Assembly: GCF_018398935.1 (NCBI RefSeq) | Contig: NZ_CP074694.1 | Span: forward strand, 480,001-512,000 | Source of the DNA: Telmatocola sphagniphila | Lineage (GTDB): Bacteria > Planctomycetota > Planctomycetia > Gemmatales > Gemmataceae | Direction: 5' to 3' | Length of the DNA stretch: 32,000 bases | Shown here: in pieces, positions 17,390-26,124 of the stretch | Layout: each line of letters starts with the position of its first letter | Position numbering within the stretch: position 1 is the stretch's first letter | The notes under the pieces: generated by a model | Database searches by the model: none | What the model saw: the letters and a program-made list of their open reading frames with translations, nothing else | Told to the model about the DNA's origin: nothing | Translations under genes and position numbers: made by a program

Positions 17390-18418
17390 ATGTTGGACTC
17401 CGCCAAAATCGAGGCGATCCTGAGCCAGTTGCCCAAGGTGAAAATCGGTCTGATCGGCGATCTGTTTCTCGATCGATATCTCGATATCGATTCGCGACTT
17501 ACCGAGCCCTCCATCGAAACCGGGCTGGATGCCTACCAGGTCGCGAATGTGCGCAGCTATCCGGGCGCAATGGGAACAGTCATCAACAATCTGGTGGCTC
17601 TCGGCGTGGGTAAAATTGTGCCGATCAGTTTTGTGGGGGTCGACGGGGAAGGTTTTGAGTTGCAGGAATCGCTGCGAAAAATGCAGGTCGTGGATCTTAA
17701 GGCCGTCTTGCTCACGAGTGATCGTCGGACGCCGACCTATTGCAAACCGATGCTCGGTGAACCGGGCCAGCCGTCCCGGGAACTGAACCGTCTAGACACC
17801 AAAAATCGCACGCCGACTTCGCGGGAGATCGAAGATAAAATCGTTGAGAATCTTAGGAATTTGTTTTCGGAGTTCGACGCCTTGATAGCACTCGATCAGG
17901 TGAGCGAAGAGAACTGCGGCGTGCTGACGACCCGAGTTCGAGAAGCCTTGATTCAGATCGCTGGCGAACAGTCAGAGAAATTCGTTCTCTCCGATAGTCG
18001 CGAGCGAATAAACCTATTCCGCAAAACCTGGATCAAGCCGAATCAACGGGAGTACGAACTGTTACTATCCGAGTTTCGAGCAGAAGGTTATTCAGCCGAA
18101 TCGCTCCAGGACAAAATGGGAACCGAGTTTCAGGGAGCGTTCTGCACGGCGGGGGAAGCTGGCATCAAGATTTATCGCAAGCAGGCCGCGGCGGAAACGG
18201 CTCATGCCTACCCGGTGAACGGACAGATCGATATCGTGGGAGCCGGTGATAGCTGTAGTGCGGCGATTGCTTCAGCGATCGCCTGCGGCCAGTCGCCGTT
18301 GACCGCAGCACAATTCGGAAATCTGATTGCTTCCATTACAATACAGCAGATCGGTGTAACGGGCACGGCGAGTCCCGAGCAGATTCGTGAACGCTGGCGA
18401 CAAGTTGTAGGAAACTGA
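17390..18418 (+). CDS. PfkB-family sugar kinase resembling HldE/RfaE domain I (heptose-7-phosphate kinase-like)
   Basis: The ORF is collinear with the E. coli HldE kinase domain. LIGDLFLDRYLDI corresponds to VVGDVMLDRYW, and the PfkB signature DIVGAGDSCSAAIASAIA is present. There is no C-terminal adenylyltransferase domain. The ATG at 17390 is preceded by AAGGGGGAA and lies 1 nt after the upstream stop. Confidence 0.8.
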   Translation: MLDSAKIEAILSQLPKVKIGLIGDLFLDRYLDIDSRLTEPSIETGLDAYQVANVRSYPGAMGTVINNLVALGVGKIVPISFVGVDGEGFELQESLRKMQVVDLKAVLLTSDRRTPTYCKPMLGEPGQPSRELNRLDTKNRTPTSREIEDKIVENLRNLFSEFDALIALDQVSEENCGVLTTRVREALIQIAGEQSEKFVLSDSRERINLFRKTWIKPNQREYELLLSEFRAEGYSAESLQDKMGTEFQGAFCTAGEAGIKIYRKQAAAETAHAYPVNGQIDIVGAGDSCSAAIASAIACGQSPLTAAQFGNLIASITIQQIGVTGTASPEQIRERWRQVVGN

Positions 18419-18422
18419 AGTC

Positions 18423-18800
18423 ATGCAATCTATTCTTCTGGTGGCGTTGGGTGGGATGGTCGGTAGCATCTTTCGGCATTTGATGGCGATGGGGATGCGA
18501 AGCTGGCTAGGGCCAACCAGCTTTCCCTGGCCGATTTTCAGCATCAACGTTCTGGGCTCGGCTACCTTGGGATTTATAACTGTTAACGTACGGGATCGTC
18601 ACAGCATCTGGTGGTTTTTGCTGGCCACGGGAGTGTGCGGGGGCTTTACGACCTTCTCGGCTTTTTCTTTGGAAGTTTTCGAACTGATCGAACAAAAAAG
18701 GCTCGCTATGGCCATCACGTATGCCCTAGCGAGCCTTCACTGCGGTGTTTTAGGGTTTGCAGTGGGGGCCTACCTCGGTCTTCTGAATCGAGGCAATTAA
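18423..18800 (+). CDS. crcB: Fluoride ion channel CrcB/FluC
   Basis: The 125-aa ORF has four TM helices and the signature GVCGGFTTFSAFSLE. It starts 4 nt after the kinase stop. Confidence 0.9.
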   Translation: MQSILLVALGGMVGSIFRHLMAMGMRSWLGPTSFPWPIFSINVLGSATLGFITVNVRDRHSIWWFLLATGVCGGFTTFSAFSLEVFELIEQKRLAMAITYALASLHCGVLGFAVGAYLGLLNRGN

Positions 18801-19441
18801 GCCAGGATCAGCTTTAATTGAACCGTACCGATTTGAACCACGTCGTTTTCCTGAATCAGTTTTGGCTCGTTCGGATTGATCCGATTTCGATTTACGAAAG
18901 TTCCGTTCAGGCTGCCGAGATCTTCAATGGTGATCTGACCATTTTCGAAGTTGATCATGGCGTGCTGGCGGGAAGACCAGATGCGGTCGGCCGGTTCCTG
19001 ATTTTCCAGATCGATATCGACCGGTTTTTCATCCGTTCTGCCGATGTAATTTTTGCCGGGGTATACGGTATACTGAACGTCAATCCGCTCGCCGCGCAGA
19101 ACCAGCAGTTTGGGTTTGCGGAGTTTCAGAGCGTCCGGCTTGCTGTCTTTCGAGTCGCCGCCGGCCAGCTGAGCCCGGGAAAGCAGGGCCGCACCGAAGC
19201 TGGACCCTTGAGATCCGGTGCTCGATTTCGAAGCATCGGCTTTGGGAGCTTCTGTTGCGACAGGAGATTTCTCGCCGGCTGAGAAAAAGTCCATCCCATC
19301 CAAATCGATTTGGGGGGATGTAACGGCTTGGTGAGCACTCGAAATGGCTTTGATGTTGTTAGTCATAACAGTGGGAAATAAGTTTTGCTCGTTGGAAGGG
19401 GAATCTATTCCCGAACCCGGAGCGGCAATCGGTTTGCTCAC
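18797..19441 (-). CDS. FHA domain-containing protein
   Basis: The N-terminal half is disordered and S/A/G-rich. The C-terminal FHA domain is YIGRTDEKPVDIDL....SRQHAMINFENGQITIEDLGSLNGTFVN. The start is a GTG at 19441 preceded by GAGGA. Confidence 0.75.
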   Translation of the reverse strand: MSKPIAAPGSGIDSPSNEQNLFPTVMTNNIKAISSAHQAVTSPQIDLDGMDFFSAGEKSPVATEAPKADASKSSTGSQGSSFGAALLSRAQLAGGDSKDSKPDALKLRKPKLLVLRGERIDVQYTVYPGKNYIGRTDEKPVDIDLENQEPADRIWSSRQHAMINFENGQITIEDLGSLNGTFVNRNRINPNEPKLIQENDVVQIGTVQLKLILA

Positions 19442-19582
19442 AACGTATCCTCAGTGGCATAGCCCAGTTATGCATCCATATCATTATCCGCTTGTAAATC
19501 CTTTACACTTATTTAGAACACAAAAACGAAATATGTCCGTCGAGCCTTAAAATTCTTCCCCATTAACACAAAACTTTTTGCC
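19442..19582. promoter_or_regulatory. Divergent promoter region between the FHA gene and recO
   Basis: This is a 141-bp, conspicuously AT-rich spacer between divergently oriented genes. No specific promoter hexamers are claimed. Confidence 0.35.
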
Positions 19583-20332
19583 ATGGCATATGAACGGGCG
19601 AGCGGATTGATTGTCCGGACTTACGACTGGAGCGAAACCAGCCGCATAATTGTCGTTTGGACGCGGGAACTGGGCAAAGTGAGGCTTCTGGCGAAAGGAG
19701 GAAGGAGACTGAAATCCAACTTCGAAGTCGCCCTTGACCTGCTGACCGTATGCAGTATTGTCTGGCTCCGAAAACCTTCTGCCGGGTTGGAAATCTTGAC
19801 GGAAGCTCGGGCGGAGGAGAGATTCCCGGCGTTGCGCAAGGACCTCAAAGCGCTAAATGCCGGGTATTACATTGCGGAACTACTCGGGGACGGCACTCAG
19901 GATTACGATCCGCATCCCGGCTTGTACGACGCAGGTCTGACGGCATTGAGATCCCTCAACGACCACTCGGACGATAGTTTGGGAACCGTCTCCTGGTTTG
20001 AATGGAGCTGGCTGAGGGAAAGTGGACATCTGCCGGTGACGGCATCCTGCGTGCACTGTTCCCGAATGCTGGAAGACTGGCGGGCTAGCGAAACAACCGG
20101 ATTCTCGACTTCGGGCGGCGGCATAGTTTGTGAAAACTGCCGAAATTCTTATCGGGACTATCGGGTACTGGAGCCGACTTGTTTAAGTTTTCTGACGAAT
20201 CTCGATGTTTACGTAGCGGCGAACTGGTCGGCTTTGAATCCGTCGGCTCGTCGGCAGGTTCGTCAAGTGCTGAGCGATTGCGTGGTTTATCATCTGGGCA
20301 GGATGCCCAGACTGCTGAATTATCTCAGCTAG
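19583..20332 (+). CDS. recO: DNA repair protein RecO
   Basis: The N-terminal OB-fold pattern is GLIVRTYDWSETSRIIVVWTRELGKVRLLAKGGRR. A C-terminal CxxC...CxxC zinc motif is present (CVHCSR....CENCRN). Confidence 0.88.
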   Translation: MAYERASGLIVRTYDWSETSRIIVVWTRELGKVRLLAKGGRRLKSNFEVALDLLTVCSIVWLRKPSAGLEILTEARAEERFPALRKDLKALNAGYYIAELLGDGTQDYDPHPGLYDAGLTALRSLNDHSDDSLGTVSWFEWSWLRESGHLPVTASCVHCSRMLEDWRASETTGFSTSGGGIVCENCRNSYRDYRVLEPTCLSFLTNLDVYVAANWSALNPSARRQVRQVLSDCVVYHLGRMPRLLNYLS

Positions 20333-20349
20333 GAAGAGGAGTTTCTTCG

Positions 20350-21633
20350 ATGCGAGTTAGAATGTTAAGACTCACGCAGCGACTGTCTCTTCTTGGTGCG
20401 TGCAGCTGGCCCCTGGTTTCCGGAGTCGGTTGCACCAGCTTCGGAGCTCAAACGGTCGGCTCTTCCACAGTGAGCAAAACGAGTAATTCGACCAACGGTG
20501 TCGTACAGGCCAGCTTCACAGAAAAAGCGGTTACTTCACTCGAAAGCATGGACGAGAATTGGGCTCCGGGTGAGAAAGCTTACATCGAAAAAGACTACGC
20601 CAAAGCGGAAAAGCATTTCCATTCCGTTGCGGAAAACACCAAAAATTCCCCTCTGCTGGCGGAAAAAGCCCGCTTCTACGAAGCCGAATGCCTCCGCATG
20701 CAGAACTATTATCCCAAAGCGGCAGACACTCTCTCTCGCATGTTGAACGACTTCCCCAGCGGCGTCTACCGGGAAAAAGCGGTCGGCATCATGTTCCAGA
20801 TCGCAAACTTCTGGTTGGAAGACACCAGCGAGGAGATGGAAAAAAAATCCAAGGGCGCGAATTGGTGGTCGATCTCCTCGAACTACATTCACACGGAACG
20901 GACCAAACCTTTCCTCGACCAGGAAGGCCGAGCCCTGGAACTCCTGACCAAGGTGCATATCAACGACCCGACCGGACCCTACTCGGATAAGGCTCTGTAT
21001 ATCATCGGCGTTGTGAACTTCTTCCGAGGCAACTTCAAAGAAGCGGACATCGCTTTCAGCCAGTTAGTCGATACCCACGACAAGAGTCCGTATCGGGCCA
21101 AGGCCGCCGAACTGGCGATCATGGCCAAGAATAACAGCACCGGCGGGCCGGAGTACGACGGCCAGAAAACGGCAGATGCTCTGCGCATGGTGCAACAAGC
21201 CAAGAAGAACATCCCGGAACTGGCCAAGGAGCGGGGCGAATTTCTCGACCGCCAGATTATAGCCATCAGAACGCAGCAGGCCGATAAGGACATCCAGGCG
21301 GCTGAATTCTATCAGCGAACCGGCCATCCCGGTGCGGCCTACTTCTACTACGAACTGGTGATCCGACGTTATCCGGGGACCGATTACGCAACTCGGGCCA
21401 GCGCCAAGAAGGCGGAGTTGGAGAAGGAAATCGAAGTTGCCCGCAACCATTCCGATGGTTTCTGGGGCGATATGCGTCGTGGCTGGGACCGTTACGTTCT
21501 CGGCCAGAAGACGGGCGAACTCAGCGCTATCAAGCCTATGACCGATGCCGATATCCGCAATCCGGCGGCGCAGTCGCCGGTTAACGATTTGCCGAAGTCG
21601 ATGCCGACGGCTGCCAGCCCTTACGGAAGGTAA
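20350..21633 (+). CDS. TPR-repeat lipoprotein, BamD/YfiO-like outer membrane assembly factor
   Basis: The signal peptide has two candidate lipobox cysteines (LSLLGAC / VSGVGC). Repeated BamD-style TPR units each end in an aromatic-Pro motif (LNDFPSGVYREKA, THDKSPYRAKA, IRRYPGTDYATRA). I chose the ATG at 20350, after GAGGAG. The longer ORF from 20179 overlaps recO. Confidence 0.65.
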   Translation: MRVRMLRLTQRLSLLGACSWPLVSGVGCTSFGAQTVGSSTVSKTSNSTNGVVQASFTEKAVTSLESMDENWAPGEKAYIEKDYAKAEKHFHSVAENTKNSPLLAEKARFYEAECLRMQNYYPKAADTLSRMLNDFPSGVYREKAVGIMFQIANFWLEDTSEEMEKKSKGANWWSISSNYIHTERTKPFLDQEGRALELLTKVHINDPTGPYSDKALYIIGVVNFFRGNFKEADIAFSQLVDTHDKSPYRAKAAELAIMAKNNSTGGPEYDGQKTADALRMVQQAKKNIPELAKERGEFLDRQIIAIRTQQADKDIQAAEFYQRTGHPGAAYFYYELVIRRYPGTDYATRASAKKAELEKEIEVARNHSDGFWGDMRRGWDRYVLGQKTGELSAIKPMTDADIRNPAAQSPVNDLPKSMPTAASPYGR

Positions 21634-21637
21634 ACCT

Positions 21638-22303
21638 GTGAAAGCACCTCGTGGTACTCTCGAACGTCGCAGCTTCCTCTTTTTCGGGGCCGCCAGCCTA
21701 TTTGCTTCCGGCTGCACTTCCGATGGTCATTTGAGTATCCTCGGCTACACCAGCCGACCGCAGTACGATACCACGATCAAGACGGTTTACGTGCCGATCT
21801 TCAAGAACAAAGCCTTCCAGACGGGGCCGAGTCGCGAAGAAGAGATGGCTCTGACGCGAGAAGTGATCAAACAGATCGAGTTGAAGACGCCCTACAAGGT
21901 GGTTTCCGATCCCGACCGAGCTGACACCGAATTGAAGGGAACTATCCTCCGATTCCAGAAAAACCTCGCCAACCGCAACCAGCAGAACGAAGTCCGCGAA
22001 ATCGAACTGGTCATGGTGATCGAAGTCGTCTGGCGCGATCTGAAGACGGGCAAGGTCCTTTCGAATCCGGCAAAATCCAGCACCGAACTTCCTGGACCCG
22101 GATTCGATCCGCGCGTCGCTCCAGTGGAAACTGGCCCAGAAAAGGCAATGCCAGTCACCTTGACCTCCACTGGCCGAGCTTTGCCGGAAGTGGGCGAGTC
22201 GAACGCGACGGCCCAGCAGGCTGCCATGAGTCGTCTCGCAGTTAAAGTTGCTCAACTGATGGAAAGTCCCTGGAACGTATCCTCCGCCAATTGTCCCCGA
22301 TGA
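21638..22303 (+). CDS. Lipoprotein, LptE-like (tentative)
   Basis: The start is a GTG at 21638, after GGAAGG and 4 nt past the upstream stop. The signal has an RR-x-FL n-region and a lipobox (ERRSFLFFGAASLFASGC). The mature part follows the LptE-type pattern (IKTVYVPIFKNKAF....ADTELKGTI....VMVIEVVWRDLKTGKVL). Confidence 0.5.
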   Translation: MKAPRGTLERRSFLFFGAASLFASGCTSDGHLSILGYTSRPQYDTTIKTVYVPIFKNKAFQTGPSREEEMALTREVIKQIELKTPYKVVSDPDRADTELKGTILRFQKNLANRNQQNEVREIELVMVIEVVWRDLKTGKVLSNPAKSSTELPGPGFDPRVAPVETGPEKAMPVTLTSTGRALPEVGESNATAQQAAMSRLAVKVAQLMESPWNVSSANCPR

Positions 22304-22333
22304 TTTTTCCTCGGACCGGCTATAATTTTCAGA

Positions 22334-23173
22334 ATGCTGATCTGGAAATGCCGCGATCTTAATCTCGATCTGACCCAGCACGCTTTAGTGATGGGTATTC
22401 TCAACGTCACACCCGATAGCTTTTCCGACGGCGGGCAATTCGCGTTGCTCGATTCCGCACTTCACCAGGCCGAACAGATGCTCGCGGAAGGAGCGAACTT
22501 GCTGGATGTCGGTGGAGAATCCACGCGTCCCGGGGCAGAACCCGTTTGCGTGGAGGAGGAACTGCGGCGAGTGGTGCCGGTAGTCAGAGAACTAACCAGA
22601 CGAACCAAAGCAATGATATCTGTTGATACTACCAAGGAGTCTGTGGCCCGGGCGACGCTCGCCGAAGGAGCGCACATCATTAATGACATCTCTGCTTGTC
22701 GTTTTGAACCGGCTATTCTGGATCCAATCAGAGAGTATCGCGCCGGGGTGATTCTGATGCACATGCAAGGGACACCGCAGACGATGCAGCTGAATCCCAG
22801 TTACAGCGATGTGGTTACTGAAGTGCGGAACTTCCTTCAGGAGCGAATTCAATTTTTGGTGGAAGCCGGAATCGCGGCCGATTCCATTGCCATTGATCCG
22901 GGAATCGGCTTCGGTAAAACGCACGAGCACAACATGATTTTACTCAAAGAGCTTCGCGAATTTCAGAAGCTTCGAAAGCCGCTATGTCTGGGAGTTTCCC
23001 GGAAGGGATTCATCGGTCAGATTACCGGTAAACCGCGAAACGATCGGGTCGCTGGTTCCGTGGCCGTTGCCTGTGATGCCCTGACTCGCCAAAGCGCCCA
23101 GATTATTCGGGTTCACGACGTGGCTCCCACCGTGGACGCGGTCCGCATGATTGAAGCCATCCGGTTGAGCTAG
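22334..23173 (+). CDS. folP: Dihydropteroate synthase
   Basis: Conserved blocks are MGILNVTPDSFSDGG, DVGGESTRPG, INDIS, DPGIGFGK and RVHDV. Confidence 0.92.
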   Translation: MLIWKCRDLNLDLTQHALVMGILNVTPDSFSDGGQFALLDSALHQAEQMLAEGANLLDVGGESTRPGAEPVCVEEELRRVVPVVRELTRRTKAMISVDTTKESVARATLAEGAHIINDISACRFEPAILDPIREYRAGVILMHMQGTPQTMQLNPSYSDVVTEVRNFLQERIQFLVEAGIAADSIAIDPGIGFGKTHEHNMILLKELREFQKLRKPLCLGVSRKGFIGQITGKPRNDRVAGSVAVACDALTRQSAQIIRVHDVAPTVDAVRMIEAIRLS

Positions 23174-23205
23174 GAAGAGATTAGCGATATGGTAAAATAG
23201 AAGGC

Positions 23206-24489
23206 ATGAGTGCCGCCTTCGATCCCGCAACATCCAAACTCCACGAGGAATGCCAGCAACTCGCCCAGCGAGCTAAATCCGCTTCCTGGCAGGCCGGGCT
23301 TATTTCCAGCGCGTCAAAAGATCGCTGGCTGAACTTGCTGGCGGATACAATTCTCTCAAAAACACCAGCGATTCTCGAAGCGAATCGGAAGGATCTTCAG
23401 CAGGAATCCGCTCAATACCTCACGGCCGCCCTGCGCGAACGGCTGCGTTTCGACGAGAAGCGGATCGCCGAGGCGGCTCAGGGAATACGGCAAGTTGCGG
23501 CGCTGCCAGATCCAGTCCGGCAAATTATCAGCGGACAAACGCGGCCCAATGGATTGCAGATTCGCAAGATTCGCGTACCCCTGGGGGTAATATTTTTCCT
23601 CTACGAATCTCGTCCTAATGTCACGCTCGATGCCGCGGCCCTCTGCGTAAAAAGCGGGAATGCCGTGATTCTACGCGGCGGCAAAGAGGCTCAGCATACC
23701 AATCGCGTGCTCGGTGAGCTGATACGCGAGAGCTTGAAGTCGTGTGGAATATCGGAGGAGGTCGTCCAGCTTGTGCAAACTACGGATCGGCAGGCCGTGG
23801 ACATTCTTTTGAAGATGCCCGAGCAGATCGATCTCGTGATACCGCGCGGCGGCGAAGGACTCATTCGCAAAGTTACCGAAACGACGCGCATACCTGTTCT
23901 GAAACACTTCCTGGGGAACTGTCACGTTTACGTTCACGAGTCCGCGGATCTCGAGATGGCGGAGCGCATAGTCGTCAACGCGAAGTGTCAAAGACCCTCC
24001 GTTTGCAATGCGATGGAGAGTTTACTCGTAGACCGCGCCATTGCCCCAGACTTCCTACCCCGCATAGACAAAGCCCTGACGGAGCGCGGAGTCGAGTTGC
24101 GCGCCTGCGAAGTTTCCCAAACTTATCTGAAAAAATCGCTTCTTGCGAACGAGTCTGATTTCGCGGCTGAATTTTGCGATTTAATCCTGTCGATAAAAAC
24201 TGTGTGCTCTTTCGATGAGGCGATAAGCCACATCAACCGATATGGGTCACATCATACTGATGCGATCGTCACGAGCGAACTGAAGGCAGCACAGCGGTTC
24301 CAGAGAGAGATCGACTCAGCCGCTGTGGTGGTGAATGCGAGTACCCGATTCAACGACGGATTTGAATTGGGGCTAGGTGCGGAGATTGGGATAAGTACCG
24401 ATAAGCTGCACGCTCGGGGACCATGTGGTCTGGAAGAATTGACGAGTTACAAGTATCTTGTGATCGGTGAAGGGCACGTTCGGGAGTGA
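23206..24489 (+). CDS. proA: Gamma-glutamyl phosphate reductase
   Basis: The 427-aa aldehyde-dehydrogenase-fold protein has ProA blocks (YESRPNVT, ILRGGKEA, PRGGEGLI, CNAMESLLV, GSHHTDAIVT, NASTRFNDG). Confidence 0.93.
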   Translation: MSAAFDPATSKLHEECQQLAQRAKSASWQAGLISSASKDRWLNLLADTILSKTPAILEANRKDLQQESAQYLTAALRERLRFDEKRIAEAAQGIRQVAALPDPVRQIISGQTRPNGLQIRKIRVPLGVIFFLYESRPNVTLDAAALCVKSGNAVILRGGKEAQHTNRVLGELIRESLKSCGISEEVVQLVQTTDRQAVDILLKMPEQIDLVIPRGGEGLIRKVTETTRIPVLKHFLGNCHVYVHESADLEMAERIVVNAKCQRPSVCNAMESLLVDRAIAPDFLPRIDKALTERGVELRACEVSQTYLKKSLLANESDFAAEFCDLILSIKTVCSFDEAISHINRYGSHHTDAIVTSELKAAQRFQREIDSAAVVVNASTRFNDGFELGLGAEIGISTDKLHARGPCGLEELTSYKYLVIGEGHVRE

Positions 24490-26117
24490 TTTTCCCCCGC
24501 TTCAGGATGAAGCGGTTGACGTTGGCGACGAATGGACTCGGAGTTCGCATGATAGTCCCGATTCTACTAGCCGGCTTAGGAGGGGTTTCCCTTCTTTGTT
24601 ACGCACGCCGGGAACGGCTTGCGCTTCCCAAATCTTTCCTGCCGTCGGCACCGGTGCCTTCACCGGTTTCCCGGCAGCATCTCCACCTTTATAAAGGGGG
24701 AGAATTAAATGCCGTCGCCGTGGAAGCCGCTAAATCCCACTGGCGCGAGAAACTCGACCGCGGCAATTCCCACATTGCCGATGTGGCACTACGGCCCGGG
24801 CTGCAGTTCGTCATTCAGGTTCGAGCGCTGGCCGAACTGGGCGGTTCCGAAGCCGCCAAAGTGCTGGAACGGCAGTTGGGCCGGGATCTCTCGGACGATC
24901 CGATCGAACAATCCTGGTACTGGATCGATCTCGCACAAGGGTTGCGGGAAATGTCCCACGTGAAAAGTCTTCCCAGCTTACTGCAGCATGTGGACAAAGC
25001 TCTGGAACTGCCGCTGGGACATCTCTACGCCGCCGAGTTGGTTTCGTTTCCCGCCTTCCAGGAACATCTGAACAATCCCCTATCCAGCCACGGACAAGCC
25101 TGTCTGCGCGTGCTGCATGCGACTCTGACGGGGATTCGGCAAGGGTATCTGAGCGCCAGCCTCTATGTGGAAGCTCAACTGGGAGAAGCTCTCCATACGC
25201 TCTCCGAAGCCTGTCCCGATAGCGTCGACCCTTTGGTGGCTCGCGTCTTCCTGGAAAGCCTGCGGATACTACGACGGAACGATCATATTCTGCAGATTTT
25301 GCGAGAAGATCCTTCCAAGGCTCAAGCCTATCGCTGGCAATCAGCTTACCTGAAATCCGCTGAACCGATCATCCGCGAATATCTGCACGAGATCGAACTC
25401 GACCTGGGTCGGAACCTGGCCCTGACCCGCGGACGGGAACAGAGCGATCTTTTGAAAGCGATTTACGACTTCCATACCGACAGTAGCGAAATCATCGTCC
25501 AACTGCTGCAAAAAGATATGATTGCGGATCGATCGCTCGGATTTGCCTGCTTGCAGCATGGCAAAACCACTCGGGCCACCAGTGCGTTGCTTTACTACAC
25601 CCGGACAATCCTCAATCCCAAGCGATCCTTCTGGTTTGGCGTTCATTCGTTCCTGGAGACCTCGAAAGCTCGAGTCAATGAAAACCTCGCCGCCATCAAA
25701 GCACTGCGGGCACATCCTTCGATGGAAGCCGAAACCATTCTGCTGCAACTGACCCATACCGATTCGGTCTACCGGCCGGCCGCTTTGGCCAGCCTCGGCT
25801 GGTGGGAACCGATTCATCGCAAACCGGTTATCGAGACACTGCGAAGAGGTATGGACGATCTGGCCACCCGCGACATCTGTCTGTGCGCACTCGCTCGCCT
25901 GGGGGAACTGGCGGCCATCTCAGAGTTACAGAATCGACTGATCGATTCGAATGCAGAAATGATTCACCAGACGATCGATCTGTTGATGGACGAAGGCGTG
26001 ACTTACCTTTGGCCTGATCTGGACACGCTGACCGAGCATGACGACACAGCCGTTTCGTCGCACGCCTGGGAAGTGATCGAGAGGATGCGAGAGAATTTCC
26101 TCGGCCCGTTAGATTGA
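24486..26117 (+). CDS. Membrane-anchored all-alpha (HEAT/ARM-like) protein of unknown function
   Basis: The 543-aa ORF has a single N-terminal TM helix (MIVPILLAGLGGVSLLCYA). The remainder is helical-repeat-like, with PBS-lyase/HEAT-like units near the C-terminus. The GTG at 24486 overlaps the proA stop as GTGA. An alternative ATG lies at 24507. Confidence 0.6.
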   Translation: MIFPRFRMKRLTLATNGLGVRMIVPILLAGLGGVSLLCYARRERLALPKSFLPSAPVPSPVSRQHLHLYKGGELNAVAVEAAKSHWREKLDRGNSHIADVALRPGLQFVIQVRALAELGGSEAAKVLERQLGRDLSDDPIEQSWYWIDLAQGLREMSHVKSLPSLLQHVDKALELPLGHLYAAELVSFPAFQEHLNNPLSSHGQACLRVLHATLTGIRQGYLSASLYVEAQLGEALHTLSEACPDSVDPLVARVFLESLRILRRNDHILQILREDPSKAQAYRWQSAYLKSAEPIIREYLHEIELDLGRNLALTRGREQSDLLKAIYDFHTDSSEIIVQLLQKDMIADRSLGFACLQHGKTTRATSALLYYTRTILNPKRSFWFGVHSFLETSKARVNENLAAIKALRAHPSMEAETILLQLTHTDSVYRPAALASLGWWEPIHRKPVIETLRRGMDDLATRDICLCALARLGELAAISELQNRLIDSNAEMIHQTIDLLMDEGVTYLWPDLDTLTEHDDTAVSSHAWEVIERMRENFLGPLD

Positions 26118-26124
26118 GCGAGTT

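Noticed and set aside
16666-17514. A 282-aa minus-strand ORF, together with similar long antisense ORFs at 4850-5470, 7925-8449, 11262-11936, 21064-21717 and 21698-22381.
   Set aside because: Each is antisense to a gene with family motifs or operon-consistent coupling. None has a signal, motif or plausible start context.
18419-18422. An expected fluoride riboswitch (crcB motif RNA) upstream of crcB.
   Set aside because: Only 4 nt separate crcB from the kinase stop. The operon's own upstream region (15478-15601) shows no crcB-motif-like conserved core that I could recognise by eye.
19492-19506. The palindrome TGTAAA-TCC-TTTACA in the FHA/recO divergent promoter, considered as a possible SOS or CRP-type operator.
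   Set aside because: A 6+6 palindrome with a free spacer is expected by chance at appreciable frequency in a 141-bp AT-rich region. It matches no operator consensus I can name with confidence.
20839-20846. An A8 homopolymer in the BamD-like gene and a T8 run at 28225-28232 in hscB, considered as slippage or phase-variation tracts.
   Set aside because: Both simply encode Lys-Lys-Lys runs in frame. There is no evidence of frameshifted alternative products, and the tracts are short.
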